From NCBI GenBank assembly GCA_963797095.1, contig CAWCNY010000005.1, positions 544,001 through 608,000 of the forward strand: a stretch of 64,000 nucleotides of DNA, written 5' to 3'. A program made the position numbers and the translations under genes. Positions 19,383 to 29,944 of the stretch are shown here, piece by piece. The DNA is from an uncultured Chloroflexia bacterium (GTDB lineage Bacteria > Chloroflexota > Chloroflexia > QHBQ01 > JADMIH01). The notes below the pieces were generated by a model, which made no database searches, was not told the DNA's origin, and worked only from the letters and a program-made list of their open reading frames with translations. The first letter of the stretch is position 1. The number at the start of each line of letters is the position of its first letter.

Positions 19383-20771
19383 ATGCCAAAACCCGTTCTG
19401 GCAATCGTCGGACGCCCTAATGTGGGCAAGTCCTCGTTTTTCAATAGACTAATCGGCGAGCAGGTCGCCATCGTGGAAGACCAGCCCGGCACTACCCGCG
19501 ACCGCATCTACGGCGACACCGAGTGGAACGGCGTTGTCTTCACGGTGATCGATACGGGCGGTATGGTGCTTGGCGAAGCAGCCGAGCCGGGCACCGGGCC
19601 GCAAGGCGAGGTCACAGAAGAAGATATCATGAGCCGCACCCGCGAGCAGGCCGAGGCCGCCATCGAAGAGGCTGATGTGATCCTCTTCATGGTGGACGCC
19701 AAGACCGGCCTCACAGCCGCCGACAACGATATCGCCGATATCCTGCGCCAATCCAAAAAGCCGGTCATCCTTGCCGCCAACAAGGCCGATTCAGAAGAGC
19801 GCCGCCTCAATGCCGTCGAATTTTACGCTCTGGGCCTGGGCGACCCTATCCCTATTTCGTCCAAGCATTCTATCAACACAGGCGATCTGCTCGACCAGGC
19901 GGTTGATGCCTTCCCCAAAGAGGAGGAGATCGAGGAAGAGGAAGAGGAGCAGGTCAAGATCGCCATCGTTGGTCGCCCCAACGTGGGCAAATCCCGTCTA
20001 CTCAACGCCATCCTGGGCCAGGAGCGCGTGATCGTATCTGACATGCCGGGCACCACCCGCGACGCTATAGACACCCAGTTCGAGTATATCGAAGGAGAGG
20101 GTGAAGAGGCAGACAAGTACGATGTCACCCTCATCGACACCGCAGGCATCCGCCGCCGGGGCCGCATCGACCCTGGCATTGAGCGTTACTCCGTGATCCG
20201 CACCCTTCGCGCCATCCAACGTGCCGACGTAGTTCTACTTGTGATCGACGCTACCGAAGGCATCACCGCCCAGGACACGCATATCGCGGGCTATGTCCTC
20301 GAAGAAGCGAAGGGATTGGTGCTGGTCGTCAACAAGTGGGACCTGGTCGAGAAGGACTCCAACACCATCTACGAGTACACAGACCATTTGCGCCAGGAGT
20401 TGAGCTTCATCCCATACGTGACATTTGTGTTCATCTCGGCCAAGTTCGGGCAGCGCGTCAATAAAGTTCTTCCAGCCGCGATCAAGGTCGCCAGAGAGAG
20501 GACCAAGCGAGTGTCTACCGGGCAGCTAAACAAGCTTGTGAAAGAGGCAGTGGACGCCCATCCGCCCGCCAGCAAGCCGGGCAAGTGGGTCAAATTCTAC
20601 TACGCTACCCAGGCCGACATCAAGCCGCCCACCTTTGTCTTCTTCACCAACGACGCCGAGAACGTGCACTTCTCCTACAAACGCTACCTCGAGAACCAGC
20701 TAAGAGGGGTGTTCGGCTTCGAGGGCACCCCCATCCGCCTCGTCTTCAGGACACGCCAGCATACGGAGTAA
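19383..20771 (+). CDS. der: Ribosome biogenesis GTPase Der (EngA)
   Basis: Two GRPNVGKS G-domains, PGTTRD, DTAG, NKWD, C-terminal KH-like domain; ATG 19383 preceded by AAGGAG. Confidence 0.98.
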   Translation: MPKPVLAIVGRPNVGKSSFFNRLIGEQVAIVEDQPGTTRDRIYGDTEWNGVVFTVIDTGGMVLGEAAEPGTGPQGEVTEEDIMSRTREQAEAAIEEADVILFMVDAKTGLTAADNDIADILRQSKKPVILAANKADSEERRLNAVEFYALGLGDPIPISSKHSINTGDLLDQAVDAFPKEEEIEEEEEEQVKIAIVGRPNVGKSRLLNAILGQERVIVSDMPGTTRDAIDTQFEYIEGEGEEADKYDVTLIDTAGIRRRGRIDPGIERYSVIRTLRAIQRADVVLLVIDATEGITAQDTHIAGYVLEEAKGLVLVVNKWDLVEKDSNTIYEYTDHLRQELSFIPYVTFVFISAKFGQRVNKVLPAAIKVARERTKRVSTGQLNKLVKEAVDAHPPASKPGKWVKFYYATQADIKPPTFVFFTNDAENVHFSYKRYLENQLRGVFGFEGTPIRLVFRTRQHTE

Positions 20772-20903
20772 GCGCACTTTCAACTGCTGTTGAAGCGGAA
20801 CATTCCCTAATACATTAGTCAGGCTCAAATCCCCTGGCTTGGTACATCATAACATTGAGCTCACGGCGCTGTTCGTCACTCTACCCACAAGAGAGGACTA
20901 CTT

Positions 20904-22499
20904 ATGCCTGACGGCACCCAAGCCCACCCCGTCGACGAATCGCCATCCGCACCTGTGGAAACCAGTGCCTTCGACAAAGGCACGGGCACATGGGTGCTGG
21001 CAGCCACCATCCTCGGCTCCAGCATGGCTTTCATCGACGGTACAGTCGTCAATGTAGCCCTCCCCGTTCTCCAGAGCGACCTGGGAGCCACAGTACTCGA
21101 CACCCAGTGGATTGTAGAAGCATACACCCTATTTCTCGGTGCGCTGATCCTGGTCGGTGGCTCGATGGGGGACATGTATGGGCGACGGCGAATTTATGGT
21201 ATTGGTGTAGTCCTCTTCGCACTCGCTTCCATATGGTGTGGCTTCGCAACCAGCCCTGGGATGCTCATTCTGGCCCGCGCCTTCCAGGGTGTAGGCGGGG
21301 CGCTACTGGTGCCCGGCAGCCTTGCTATTATCAACGCAATCTTTCCATCCGACAGGCGCGGTCGAGCCATCGGCACATGGTCGGGCGCTACGTCCATCAC
21401 CACTGTGCTCGGTCCCGTGCTCGGCGGCTGGCTCGTCGAAAATCTCTCCTGGCGCTGGGTCTTCTTCATCAATGTCCCTCTCGCTATCATCGTGCTCTTC
21501 ATCTCCTTCACCCACGTGCCTGAGACCAGAAGTTCAGCGTCCAGAGGCGGTCTTGACTGGCCGGGCGTGCTCCTCGCTACCGTCGGCCTCGGAGGCCTCG
21601 TCTACGGCCTTATAGAATCGAGCAATTCCGGCTGGGGCGATCCACTTGTGCTGGGCACAGTCTTCGGGGGTGCAATAGCCCTTATTGCCTTCGTAGTAGT
21701 CGAGGCTCGCTCTCGTGCCCCTATGATGCCGCTGAACCTCTTTCGGTCGCGCACCTTCTCCGGCGCGAACATGCTCACCTTCTTCCTGTACGGTGCTCTC
21801 AGCGGTACCCTCTTCTTCTTCCCGTTCAACCTCATACAGGTGCAGGGTTACGGGCCTACCGCTGCCGGGGCGGCATCGCTCCCATTCATCATTCTGCTGT
21901 CAACTCTCTCGCGATGGTCGGGCGGCCTCATAGACCGCTACGGGGCGAAGATACCGCTGGTGATCGGCCCCACCATCGCTGGCATAGGCTTCGCCATGTT
22001 CGCCATCCCCGGCACGCATGCCGACTACTGGACAGGCTTCTTCCCCGGCGTGGTGGTGCTCGGTCTCGGTATGGCGGTCACGGTCGCCCCGCTCACTACC
22101 GCCGTCATGGGCGCGGTAGACGTGGCCCATTCAGGGGTCGCCTCCGGCATCAATAACGCGGTATCGCGCATTGCGGGCCTGATAGCCATAGCTGTGCTGG
22201 GCATAATCATGCTGGCGACATTCAACAGCAGCCTCGACAGCAAACTCCCCCCTCTCAATCTGCCCGCCGAGAGCGTGCAGCAGATCGACAGCCAGCGGAT
22301 CAATCTGGCGGCAATAGAACCGCCCGCCAACCTTGATCCCCAGCAGAAAGAGGCGATCCAAACCGCCATAGACGAGGCGTTCGTAGACGGCTACCGCCTT
22401 GTAATACTGGTGGGCGCATCTCTGGCCTGGGCAAGTGCAATCAGCGCTTGGCTGTTGGTCGAGGGACGAGTAGCCAAACCACGAGCAGACCAACAGTAG
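20904..22499 (+). CDS. DHA2-family MFS drug/metabolite transporter
   Basis: DGTVVNVALP, GSMGDMYGRRR, WRWVFFINVP, about 14 TM helices. Confidence 0.93.
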   Translation: MPDGTQAHPVDESPSAPVETSAFDKGTGTWVLAATILGSSMAFIDGTVVNVALPVLQSDLGATVLDTQWIVEAYTLFLGALILVGGSMGDMYGRRRIYGIGVVLFALASIWCGFATSPGMLILARAFQGVGGALLVPGSLAIINAIFPSDRRGRAIGTWSGATSITTVLGPVLGGWLVENLSWRWVFFINVPLAIIVLFISFTHVPETRSSASRGGLDWPGVLLATVGLGGLVYGLIESSNSGWGDPLVLGTVFGGAIALIAFVVVEARSRAPMMPLNLFRSRTFSGANMLTFFLYGALSGTLFFFPFNLIQVQGYGPTAAGAASLPFIILLSTLSRWSGGLIDRYGAKIPLVIGPTIAGIGFAMFAIPGTHADYWTGFFPGVVVLGLGMAVTVAPLTTAVMGAVDVAHSGVASGINNAVSRIAGLIAIAVLGIIMLATFNSSLDSKLPPLNLPAESVQQIDSQRINLAAIEPPANLDPQQKEAIQTAIDEAFVDGYRLVILVGASLAWASAISAWLLVEGRVAKPRADQQ

Positions 22500-22520
22500 G
22501 GGCGAGGCATGTCTCGCCCT
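22496..22520 (+). repeat. GTAG-type REP-like palindrome
   Basis: GTAG-GGGCGAGGCATGTCTCGCCCT; near-identical inverted copy at 56168-56191. Confidence 0.7.
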
Positions 22521-22542
22521 GACCGGAGAGGCGCATCCGCTC

Positions 22543-23076
22543 CTAAGACACGGTATCAGGCTGCCTTGCGCGCAGGATCAGCGTCACGTAATAGAAGACG
22601 TAGTAGCCGATCATCAGGAAGTAAGACGCCCCAGTAATCGGGTCGCCCGCGAACTGGGAGCTGATTGTGATCGCCCCGCCCGAACGAGCCTGCTGCGCTA
22701 CAGTCTGGACATAGGGAAGGGTTTCGATCAACCTGTAGCCAAACCGCACCAGAAACACCGCAAACACGGCGATACCTATATAAGGGTTAGGCTTGTAGTA
22801 AAGGCCATCGGGTTGGCGGTCAAAAGTTGTGAGGCGCAACCCAAAATAGGCTACTACCGCACCGGCCACCAGGCCAGCCAGGTCGCCTAAGAGAATAAGC
22901 GAGTCGGTGAGCGAAAGAGCCAGCACCACCACGCCCAGCACCCCAAAGATTCCCAGGCGCAGCATCATGCTCTCCTGGCGAATCTTCTGGCGCGTAAAGA
23001 GGGCGCGTGCGCGGCGAAATATTGCAAACAGAACCAATGCAGCGATAATGATGAAAGTGATCGTTCCGTTATTCAT
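22543..23076 (-). CDS. CcdC/DUF1453-like membrane protein
   Basis: GLRLTTFD...YYKPNPYIG...LVRFGYR pattern with several TM helices; GGAGG upstream of ATG 23076. Confidence 0.7.
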   Translation of the reverse strand: MNNGTITFIIIAALVLFAIFRRARALFTRQKIRQESMMLRLGIFGVLGVVVLALSLTDSLILLGDLAGLVAGAVVAYFGLRLTTFDRQPDGLYYKPNPYIGIAVFAVFLVRFGYRLIETLPYVQTVAQQARSGGAITISSQFAGDPITGASYFLMIGYYVFYYVTLILRARQPDTVS

Positions 23077-23290
23077 TGTAAGTCCCTCCAACCTTTTCGA
23101 GTTTAGTGCTCCCAAAAGCCATACAGAATGGCCTGAGAGTTCCGGATGAGCGCGCGGTCGTTAGGAGGGATGCTGCCGTGGGCAGCTTCTGAGGGAGAAT
23201 CAGGGAATCGTTGGGGCGACGTGATCATGGATGCTTTTTACGACTGCAATATACGAAAGATAATAATCTAAAGTTTCTCTTAAAGTAAAA

Positions 23291-23313
23291 TGGGCACCCT
23301 TCGCGGGTGCCCA
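23291..23313 (-). terminator. Terminator downstream of galK
   Basis: TGGGCACCC-TTCGC-GGGTGCCCA hairpin followed by TTTT on the minus strand. Confidence 0.75.
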
Positions 23314-23336
23314 TGACAAGCGGAATTTATGTTGTA

Positions 23337-24509
23337 TTAGGCCGCCAGCAGGTCTACCTCAATCCCACCTACAGGCTTCACCACAAAAGGCTCAGCCTTC
23401 AGCGAGGTATCTTCTGAATAGCGACGCACCACGTTTCGATTGAAGTCGCGCAGGGCGTCCGTCTTGACCAGGTTGACCGTGCAGCCCCCGAAGCCCGCGC
23501 CCGTAAGCCTGGCCCCAAGCACGCCTGGCGTCTCGCGGGCCAGGTCCACCAGGCGATCCATGAACGGATTGCTGACCTCGAAATCCTGGCGCAAGCTCTC
23601 ATGCGACTCGTTCATCAGCCTGCCTACTTCTTCGAAATCGCTGCTTTGCAAAGAAGCCACCGTCTTCAGCACGCGCTCGTTCTCCGTGATGACGTGCCGG
23701 GCGCGTTTATATAGCGTCGGGTAGAGCTTGCTACCGTGCCTCTGCAACATCGCGCTGTCCACATCTCGGAGCGATTGCAATTCGAGGTTGTAGGTAATCA
23801 CTCTCAATGCACCCAGCGCGGCCTCACATTCGCGCCGCCTGCGCGTATAGGCTGAATCGGCCTGGTCACGGCTCATACCGCTGTTCACCACTACCAGCGA
23901 CAGCCCTTGAGCGTCCAGGTTGAGAGGCACAGGCGTGGTGGTCAGCGAGCGGCAATCGATCAGCAGCGCCGATCTCGGCTCCGCCTGCGTGATCACAATC
24001 GGGTCCATAATCCCTACCGGCACACCTAGAAAGTCGTTCTCTATCTTATGGGCCGCACGCGCCAGTTCGGGTCTCGGAATTTCCCACCCGGCCAGCGAAG
24101 TCATAGTGCCGAGCATGCCAAGCAACAGCGAGGCCGAAGAAGAAAGCCCCACGCCCACCGGCAGATCGCCCCAGATCAGGATGTCCGCACCGGTCGGGTG
24201 ATAGTCATGCTCTTCCATCCACCAGGCCACGCCGCGCATGTAGTTCGCCCAGTGCTGGGTTTCCCCAACCAGGCCGGACGAGCTATCGAGGTCAATCTCC
24301 ACGCCCTGGCCCATCGTCTCCGAATAGATGTTGAGCTTGCGGTCGGTACGCGAAGATGCGGCCAGCTTGGTATAGCGGTCAATTGCCGCAGGCAACACAT
24401 AGCCCAGGTTGTAATCGGTGTGCTCACCGATGAGGTTGACACGCCCCGGTGATCTTACCAGGACACTCGGCTCTTTGCCAAAACGCTCAGAGAAGGACAG
24501 CTCCTTCAT
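23337..24509 (-). CDS. galK: Galactokinase
   Basis: PGRVNLIGEHTDYN, GLSSSAS, GARLTGAGFGGC. Confidence 0.97.
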   Translation of the reverse strand: MKELSFSERFGKEPSVLVRSPGRVNLIGEHTDYNLGYVLPAAIDRYTKLAASSRTDRKLNIYSETMGQGVEIDLDSSSGLVGETQHWANYMRGVAWWMEEHDYHPTGADILIWGDLPVGVGLSSSASLLLGMLGTMTSLAGWEIPRPELARAAHKIENDFLGVPVGIMDPIVITQAEPRSALLIDCRSLTTTPVPLNLDAQGLSLVVVNSGMSRDQADSAYTRRRRECEAALGALRVITYNLELQSLRDVDSAMLQRHGSKLYPTLYKRARHVITENERVLKTVASLQSSDFEEVGRLMNESHESLRQDFEVSNPFMDRLVDLARETPGVLGARLTGAGFGGCTVNLVKTDALRDFNRNVVRRYSEDTSLKAEPFVVKPVGGIEVDLLAA

Positions 24510-24539
24510 AGGAGGACTCCAATACAGTTATTTTGTGCA

Positions 24540-25604
24540 CTATTCTTCATATCCAAGTGGGTGCCGCTGATGCCAGTCCCAGGCAGTCTTTATTATATCT
24601 GCAAGGTGCGGGTAGCGTGGCTTCCACCCCATTTTGGCTACTATTCCCTCCGAAGACGCGACCAGCACAGGCGGATCGCCGGGTCTTCTGGGCCCCACTT
24701 GCGCCGGGATGGGGTGCCCCGTCACGTGGCGCGCTTCCTCGATCACTTGCTTCACAGAGAAGCCTTCTCCGTTCCCCAGGTTGAACACTCCGCTTTCCCC
24801 ACCATCCATAAGCCAGTCGAGCGCCAGCAGGTGCGCCTGGGCCAGGTCCACCACGTGAATATAGTCGCGTATAGCCGTTCCGTCTGGCGTCGGATAATCA
24901 TCCCCGTACATCTGAACATAAGGACGTTGTCCTAGCGCCACCTGGAGCACTATCGGAATCAGATGCGTCTCAGGATCGTGCACCTCACCGAATTTGTCGG
25001 AAGCTCCAGCCGCGTTGAAGTACCTCAGCGAAACATACCGAATCCCCGTTAGCTCGTCAAACCATCTGAGCATGCGCTCAAACATCAGCTTCGACTCGCC
25101 ATAGGGGTTGATCGGCTCCTGCGGGTCAGAATCGTGGATGGTATTCCCTTCAGGCACTCCAAACGTTGCTGCCGACGACGAGAAGACGATCTTATCCGCT
25201 CCCGTCCGCTGCATGGCTTCCACCAGTTTGAGGCTGGCTGCCACGTTGTTGTCGAAGTACTTGCCGGGGTTCTCCATCGACTCGCCAACCAGGGAGTGCG
25301 CCGCGAAGTGCATCACAGCGCGCACTCCGTGTTCCTGCATGGTCTTCTCCAGCAATGCCTCGTCAGCTATGTCCCCCTCCACAAAGGCCGCCCTCGGATC
25401 TACCGCCCCCTGGTGCCCTTTGATCAGGTTATCATAGACAACAACTTTGTGCCCGGCATCACACAACTGCTCGACAGCTATGCTGCCGATGTAGCCCGCG
25501 CCGCCCGTCACAAGCACGCTGGTCTTTCCCCCACCACTTCCGCGACTATCTTGCATATTATGTTGTTCAGGCTGGCCATCGTGCGCCAGGTCTATGTTTC
25601 CCAT
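24540..25604 (-). CDS. galE: UDP-glucose 4-epimerase
   Basis: VTGGAGYIGS, HFAA, PYGESK, LRYFNAAG, DGTAIRDYIHV, RRPGD. Confidence 0.97.
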   Translation of the reverse strand: MGNIDLAHDGQPEQHNMQDSRGSGGGKTSVLVTGGAGYIGSIAVEQLCDAGHKVVVYDNLIKGHQGAVDPRAAFVEGDIADEALLEKTMQEHGVRAVMHFAAHSLVGESMENPGKYFDNNVAASLKLVEAMQRTGADKIVFSSSAATFGVPEGNTIHDSDPQEPINPYGESKLMFERMLRWFDELTGIRYVSLRYFNAAGASDKFGEVHDPETHLIPIVLQVALGQRPYVQMYGDDYPTPDGTAIRDYIHVVDLAQAHLLALDWLMDGGESGVFNLGNGEGFSVKQVIEEARHVTGHPIPAQVGPRRPGDPPVLVASSEGIVAKMGWKPRYPHLADIIKTAWDWHQRHPLGYEE

Positions 25605-25848
25605 TATAGCATTCCTCCGAATGTGTAATATCGTACCAAAGGGCTAGAACCGGGGTGAATGGTGGAGGTATTTTTCGGCTAATACTCCTACGGGACCCCC
25701 ATATGAGAACAAGGTACTGTCACCTCTATCACCCATTGGTACGGGTCTGCCCACCCGGTTGCACGGCGCTAGTAAATTGTCTTAGATTGTACTATTTAGC
25801 TTACTCATTTCCCGCGTTATCATCAACCTATCGAATCTGTAGGTGTGC

Positions 25849-25864
25849 TGGCACATAGTTTGCA
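25849..25864 (+). promoter_or_regulatory. Putative sigma54 (-24/-12) promoter
   Basis: TGGCAC-ATAGT-TTGCA (GG-N10-GC), about 70 bp upstream of the DoxX start. Confidence 0.55.
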
Positions 25865-25934
25865 ATACTTTCAAAACAAATAGATTAGCGCTGTCAATAG
25901 ATCAAATATATAGGATCATAGGAGGCTTACTAAA

Positions 25935-26621
25935 ATGAAAGATTTCGCACTCTTGGTTCTACGGCTAGCCTTTGGTGGCCTGTTGGCCGGCCACGGAGCG
26001 CAGAAGCTCTTTGGCTGGTTCGGTGGTCATGGCCTCAAAGGCTTTACCGGAACGGTCGAATCGATGGGCATGAAGCCCCCTGAAGTGTGGGCCATCGCAG
26101 GTGCCGCATCGGAGTTCGGTGGCGGGGCGCTTACACTTCTTGGCGCTCTCAACCCCATTGGCCCCCTGAGCACAATAGGGGCTATGGAGATGGCAACAGC
26201 CAAAGTACACTGGGGGAAACCGATCTGGGTAACCAGCGGCGGGGCCGAATTGCCCCTGACCAATATGGCAATCGCATTGGCGGTGGCTCTCGCAGGCCCA
26301 GGTAAGTTCTCCGTGGACAGTGCGCTCGGTATCAAGCTGCCCCGCCGCCTGATCCTCATACCCGGTCTTGCATTAGCCGGTGCGGGCGTGGCCTACGGGG
26401 TAATATCAAGCAACAAGAATCGATCTCAAGCAAAAGAGCAGCCACAGCAAGTGCAGCAAGCCCAACCGCAGGAAGAGACCATCAAACCCGTGCCCGTCCC
26501 TCAAACGCCAGCCCAACCTGACGGATCGCACGCCCCGCACGAAGTCCTGAACGAAGTAGGTGTCGAGCACCTCACCGACCAGAGAATAGAAGCCGGTGAG
26601 AGCCAGCACAACCCAGGTTAG
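25935..26621 (+). CDS. DoxX family membrane protein
   Basis: HGAQKLFGWFGG, EFGGG, GPGKFSVD. Confidence 0.93.
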   Translation: MKDFALLVLRLAFGGLLAGHGAQKLFGWFGGHGLKGFTGTVESMGMKPPEVWAIAGAASEFGGGALTLLGALNPIGPLSTIGAMEMATAKVHWGKPIWVTSGGAELPLTNMAIALAVALAGPGKFSVDSALGIKLPRRLILIPGLALAGAGVAYGVISSNKNRSQAKEQPQQVQQAQPQEETIKPVPVPQTPAQPDGSHAPHEVLNEVGVEHLTDQRIEAGESQHNPG

Positions 26622-26763
26622 GTCCGCAACTTCGCCCCCTTTAGTTGTGCTATAATGGCACAACTAAAAGGCATGCCTGAAATCCGCAGTTGATCGCACA
26701 CGCCAATGCTTTACCTCTGCGAATCCCGCAGCCCGACCTCCTGATCCCACAAAGGAGTCCAAT

Positions 26764-28041
26764 ATGCACACCACTCTCCCCCTTACAGGCCGCAATACGG
26801 ACCTGCCCTTGCATGATGTTGACCCCGAAATCTGGCAGGCCATCGAGGACGAAAAACGCCGCCAACGCGAAAAGATCGAGCTTATCGCCTCCGAGAACTA
26901 CGTCAGCCGGGCCGTGCTCGAAGCGCAGGGTTCCGTACTCACCAACAAGTACGCCGAAGGCTATCCCGGCAAGCGCTACTATGGCGGCTGCGAATACGTG
27001 GACGTGGCCGAGAACCTTGCTATAGACCGCGCCAAGCAGCTTTTCGGAGCCGACCATGTCAACGTGCAGCCGCACTCAGGCGCGCAGGCTAATATGGCCG
27101 TCTATATGGCCGCCCTCAACCCCGGTGATCACCTGCTAGGAATGGGCCTTGCCTTCGGGGGCCACCTCACGCATGGCTACAGCATTAACTTCTCAGGCAA
27201 GCTTTACACCGCAAGCGCCTACGGCGTGGACAAGGAAACCGAGCGCATAAACTACGACGTGCTCCAGGCCCAGGTAGAGGAGGAAAGACCCAAGATACTG
27301 GTGGTCGGCGCGAGCGCCTACTCACGCGTCTTCGACTTCGAGCGGTGCAGACACATAGCCGATTCGGTGGGCGCGCTGCTGATGGTCGACATAGCCCACA
27401 TCGCAGGGCTGGTGGCCGCCGGTATCCACCCCTCCCCCATCCCCTATGCCGACTTCGTCACCACCACCACCCACAAGACGTTGCGCGGCCCAAGGGGTGG
27501 TATGATCCTCTGCCGGGCGCAGTATGCCAAGGACATAGACAAATCAGTCTTCCCTGGCATCCAGGGCGGTCCTCTCATGCATGTAATCGCCGCCAAGGCG
27601 GTCGCCTTCCATGAAGCTCTGCAACCCGCCTTCAAGGAATACCAGGCCCAGATCGTCAAGAACGCCCAACGCCTGGCAGCGGGGCTTGAGTTGGCGGGCC
27701 TGCGCCTCGTATCCGGCGGCACAGACAACCACCTGATGCTGGTCGATGTATCGCCGCTCGGCCTCACAGGCAAGCAAGCCGAACACGCTCTTGACGAAGT
27801 GGGCATCACAGTCAACAAGAACGCGATACCGTACGACCCGCAACCGCCCGCCAAAGCCAGTGGTATTCGAGTGGGCACTCCCGCCGTTACAACTCGGGGC
27901 TTCCGCGAACCCGAAATGGATACAATAGCCAGCCTCATCGGCGATGTCCTGCGCGCCCCCGAAGATGTAGAGATAATGGAGCGTGTCAGGGGAGAAGTGG
28001 CCAGTCTGTGCGCGCGGTTCCCCGTTCCCGGAATAGATTAA
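26764..28041 (+). CDS. glyA: Serine hydroxymethyltransferase
   Basis: [44 protein letters not shown]. Confidence 0.99.
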   Translation: MHTTLPLTGRNTDLPLHDVDPEIWQAIEDEKRRQREKIELIASENYVSRAVLEAQGSVLTNKYAEGYPGKRYYGGCEYVDVAENLAIDRAKQLFGADHVNVQPHSGAQANMAVYMAALNPGDHLLGMGLAFGGHLTHGYSINFSGKLYTASAYGVDKETERINYDVLQAQVEEERPKILVVGASAYSRVFDFERCRHIADSVGALLMVDIAHIAGLVAAGIHPSPIPYADFVTTTTHKTLRGPRGGMILCRAQYAKDIDKSVFPGIQGGPLMHVIAAKAVAFHEALQPAFKEYQAQIVKNAQRLAAGLELAGLRLVSGGTDNHLMLVDVSPLGLTGKQAEHALDEVGITVNKNAIPYDPQPPAKASGIRVGTPAVTTRGFREPEMDTIASLIGDVLRAPEDVEIMERVRGEVASLCARFPVPGID

Positions 28042-28042
28042 A

Positions 28043-28669
28043 ATGGAGAACCTTTTCGTATCTGACCACCCACTCATAAAGCATAAGCTTGCTCTCATGC
28101 GGTCGGTAAGTACCGAGCCCAAGAAGTTTCGCGAGGTAGTGCGCGAGATCACGGGCCTACTCCTCTACGAAGCCACCCAGGACCTTTCCACGCAGTTCGT
28201 GGAGGTGCAAACCCCCCTGGCGGTCATGGAGGGGCGAAAACTCGCCGAGAGAATCGGCTTCGTCCCCATCCTTCGTGCCGGTGTGGGCATGGTGGACGCC
28301 GCTCTCGACCTCATACCCACTGCCCAGGTGTGGCATATCGGTCTCTACCGGGACCACCGCACCCTCCTCCCCATCGAGTACTACAACAAACTGCCCGACC
28401 ACGTAACTGTCGATATCTGTTTCGTGCTCGACCCTATGCTCGCCACGGCAGGCTCGGCCACCGCCACCGTCAAAATCCTCAAGGACTGGGGTTGCCCACG
28501 CATCAAGTACGTGGGACTGATCGCCGCCCCCGAAGGCATAGAGCGCTTCCACGGTGAGCACCCCGATGTCCCCATCCACGTCGCCGCCGTAGACAGCCAT
28601 CTCAACGACAAAGGCTACATAGTCCCAGGCCTCGGCGACGCCGGCGACCGCCAGTTCGGCACATCTTGA
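28043..28669 (+). CDS. upp: Uracil phosphoribosyltransferase
   Basis: [35 protein letters not shown]. Confidence 0.98.
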   Translation: MENLFVSDHPLIKHKLALMRSVSTEPKKFREVVREITGLLLYEATQDLSTQFVEVQTPLAVMEGRKLAERIGFVPILRAGVGMVDAALDLIPTAQVWHIGLYRDHRTLLPIEYYNKLPDHVTVDICFVLDPMLATAGSATATVKILKDWGCPRIKYVGLIAAPEGIERFHGEHPDVPIHVAAVDSHLNDKGYIVPGLGDAGDRQFGTS

Positions 28670-28735
28670 AGTGTAGAGTGTGGAATATAGGAACTGAGGC
28701 CGCTCCGCACTCTACGCTTCGAACCCCGCACTTTT

Positions 28736-29935
28736 ATGGATTTCCTCCTCATGCCCCTGATTTTCGCTGCCACGCTGGCGGTGTCGCTCGCGCTGACGCC
28801 GCTGGTCAGGCGGTGGGCGATAGCCCGCGAATGGGTTGACGAGCCAGGGGAAGCAAGGCGCGTCCATCGCATACCCGTGCCGCGCCTCGGCGGGCTTGCT
28901 ATGTATGCGGCCTTCCTGGTGGGTGTGCTGCTAACATTCGTTTTTCCATCTATCCGAGCCGGAAAGACCGGCAACGAGCTTTTCGAGACGAGCCGCGTGC
29001 TGCTCCTGCTACTGGGCGCGGGCGTCATCACCGCAGTGATGGCGGTGGACGATGTGCGCAAGTTGAAGCCGCTGCCACGGCTGCTGTGGCAAATCGCCGT
29101 GGCTCTGCTGGTCGTCCTTCCCAGCGTATTCTTTCCGGGTGGCGCGAACCCGGCCACACCTACCAATCCCATCGCCGACCCGCCCGGCACGATCCATTAC
29201 GACCAGGGCGCGGGCGTGCTCGCCACAACCATACGCAATCCCTTCGTATCCGATGACAGCCCATTTGCCACCATAGAGTTCCCGCTACTGATCGCGGTGG
29301 CACTCACCATCTTCTGGCTTGTGGGCACCACCAACGCGATCAATTGGATCGACGGCCTCGATGGCCTCGCCGCCAGCGTATCTGCCGTGGCCGCCGCTGC
29401 CATGTTCATAGTCACAGGTCCCGTCCTCAACCAGTGGTCACTCGCCTACCTGCCACTAATCCTCCTGGCGGCGGTAGTCGGCTTCCTTCCGTACAATATT
29501 CACCCCGCCCGCATCTTCATGGGCGATTCTGGTGCGATGTTCCTCGGCTTCACCCTGGCCGTACTCTCAGTGATCGGCGGCGCAAAGGTGGCTGCTGCCC
29601 TGCTGGTGCTGGGCATCCCGCTCCTCGATGGGGCCTACATGATCGTCTACAGGCTCTATCGTGGACGCTCCCCTCTCTCCTCCGACCGGGGCCATCTCCA
29701 CCACCGCCTCTTCGATATAGGGTTTAGCCAGGGGCAGGTGGTGATTATTTACCTGGTACTGTGCGGTGCGTTCGGGATCGTGGGAGTGCTCCCGATTCCG
29801 CGCATCGTCAAGCTTGGTGGCCTGGTGCTTATGGTGCTCGTGCTGATCGGGATCTTCATCTACATAGCCCGCAGGCAATTCGACGAAGGCCGCAAAACCG
29901 CCGACCATAAGCGCGAAGTGCTCAGCAAGCAGTAG
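28736..29935 (+). CDS. Undecaprenyl-phosphate HexNAc-1-phosphate transferase (WecA/TagO, MraY family)
   Basis: PRLGGLA, DD motif, NAINWIDGLDGLA, IFMGDSG, DRGHLHHRL. Confidence 0.93.
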   Translation: MDFLLMPLIFAATLAVSLALTPLVRRWAIAREWVDEPGEARRVHRIPVPRLGGLAMYAAFLVGVLLTFVFPSIRAGKTGNELFETSRVLLLLLGAGVITAVMAVDDVRKLKPLPRLLWQIAVALLVVLPSVFFPGGANPATPTNPIADPPGTIHYDQGAGVLATTIRNPFVSDDSPFATIEFPLLIAVALTIFWLVGTTNAINWIDGLDGLAASVSAVAAAAMFIVTGPVLNQWSLAYLPLILLAAVVGFLPYNIHPARIFMGDSGAMFLGFTLAVLSVIGGAKVAAALLVLGIPLLDGAYMIVYRLYRGRSPLSSDRGHLHHRLFDIGFSQGQVVIIYLVLCGAFGIVGVLPIPRIVKLGGLVLMVLVLIGIFIYIARRQFDEGRKTADHKREVLSKQ

Positions 29936-29944
29936 GCAGTAGTC

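Noticed and set aside
26650-26763. ZTP or glycine riboswitch upstream of glyA
   Set aside because: I could not match the conserved core of either riboswitch; only a TGnTATAAT -10 element is evident.
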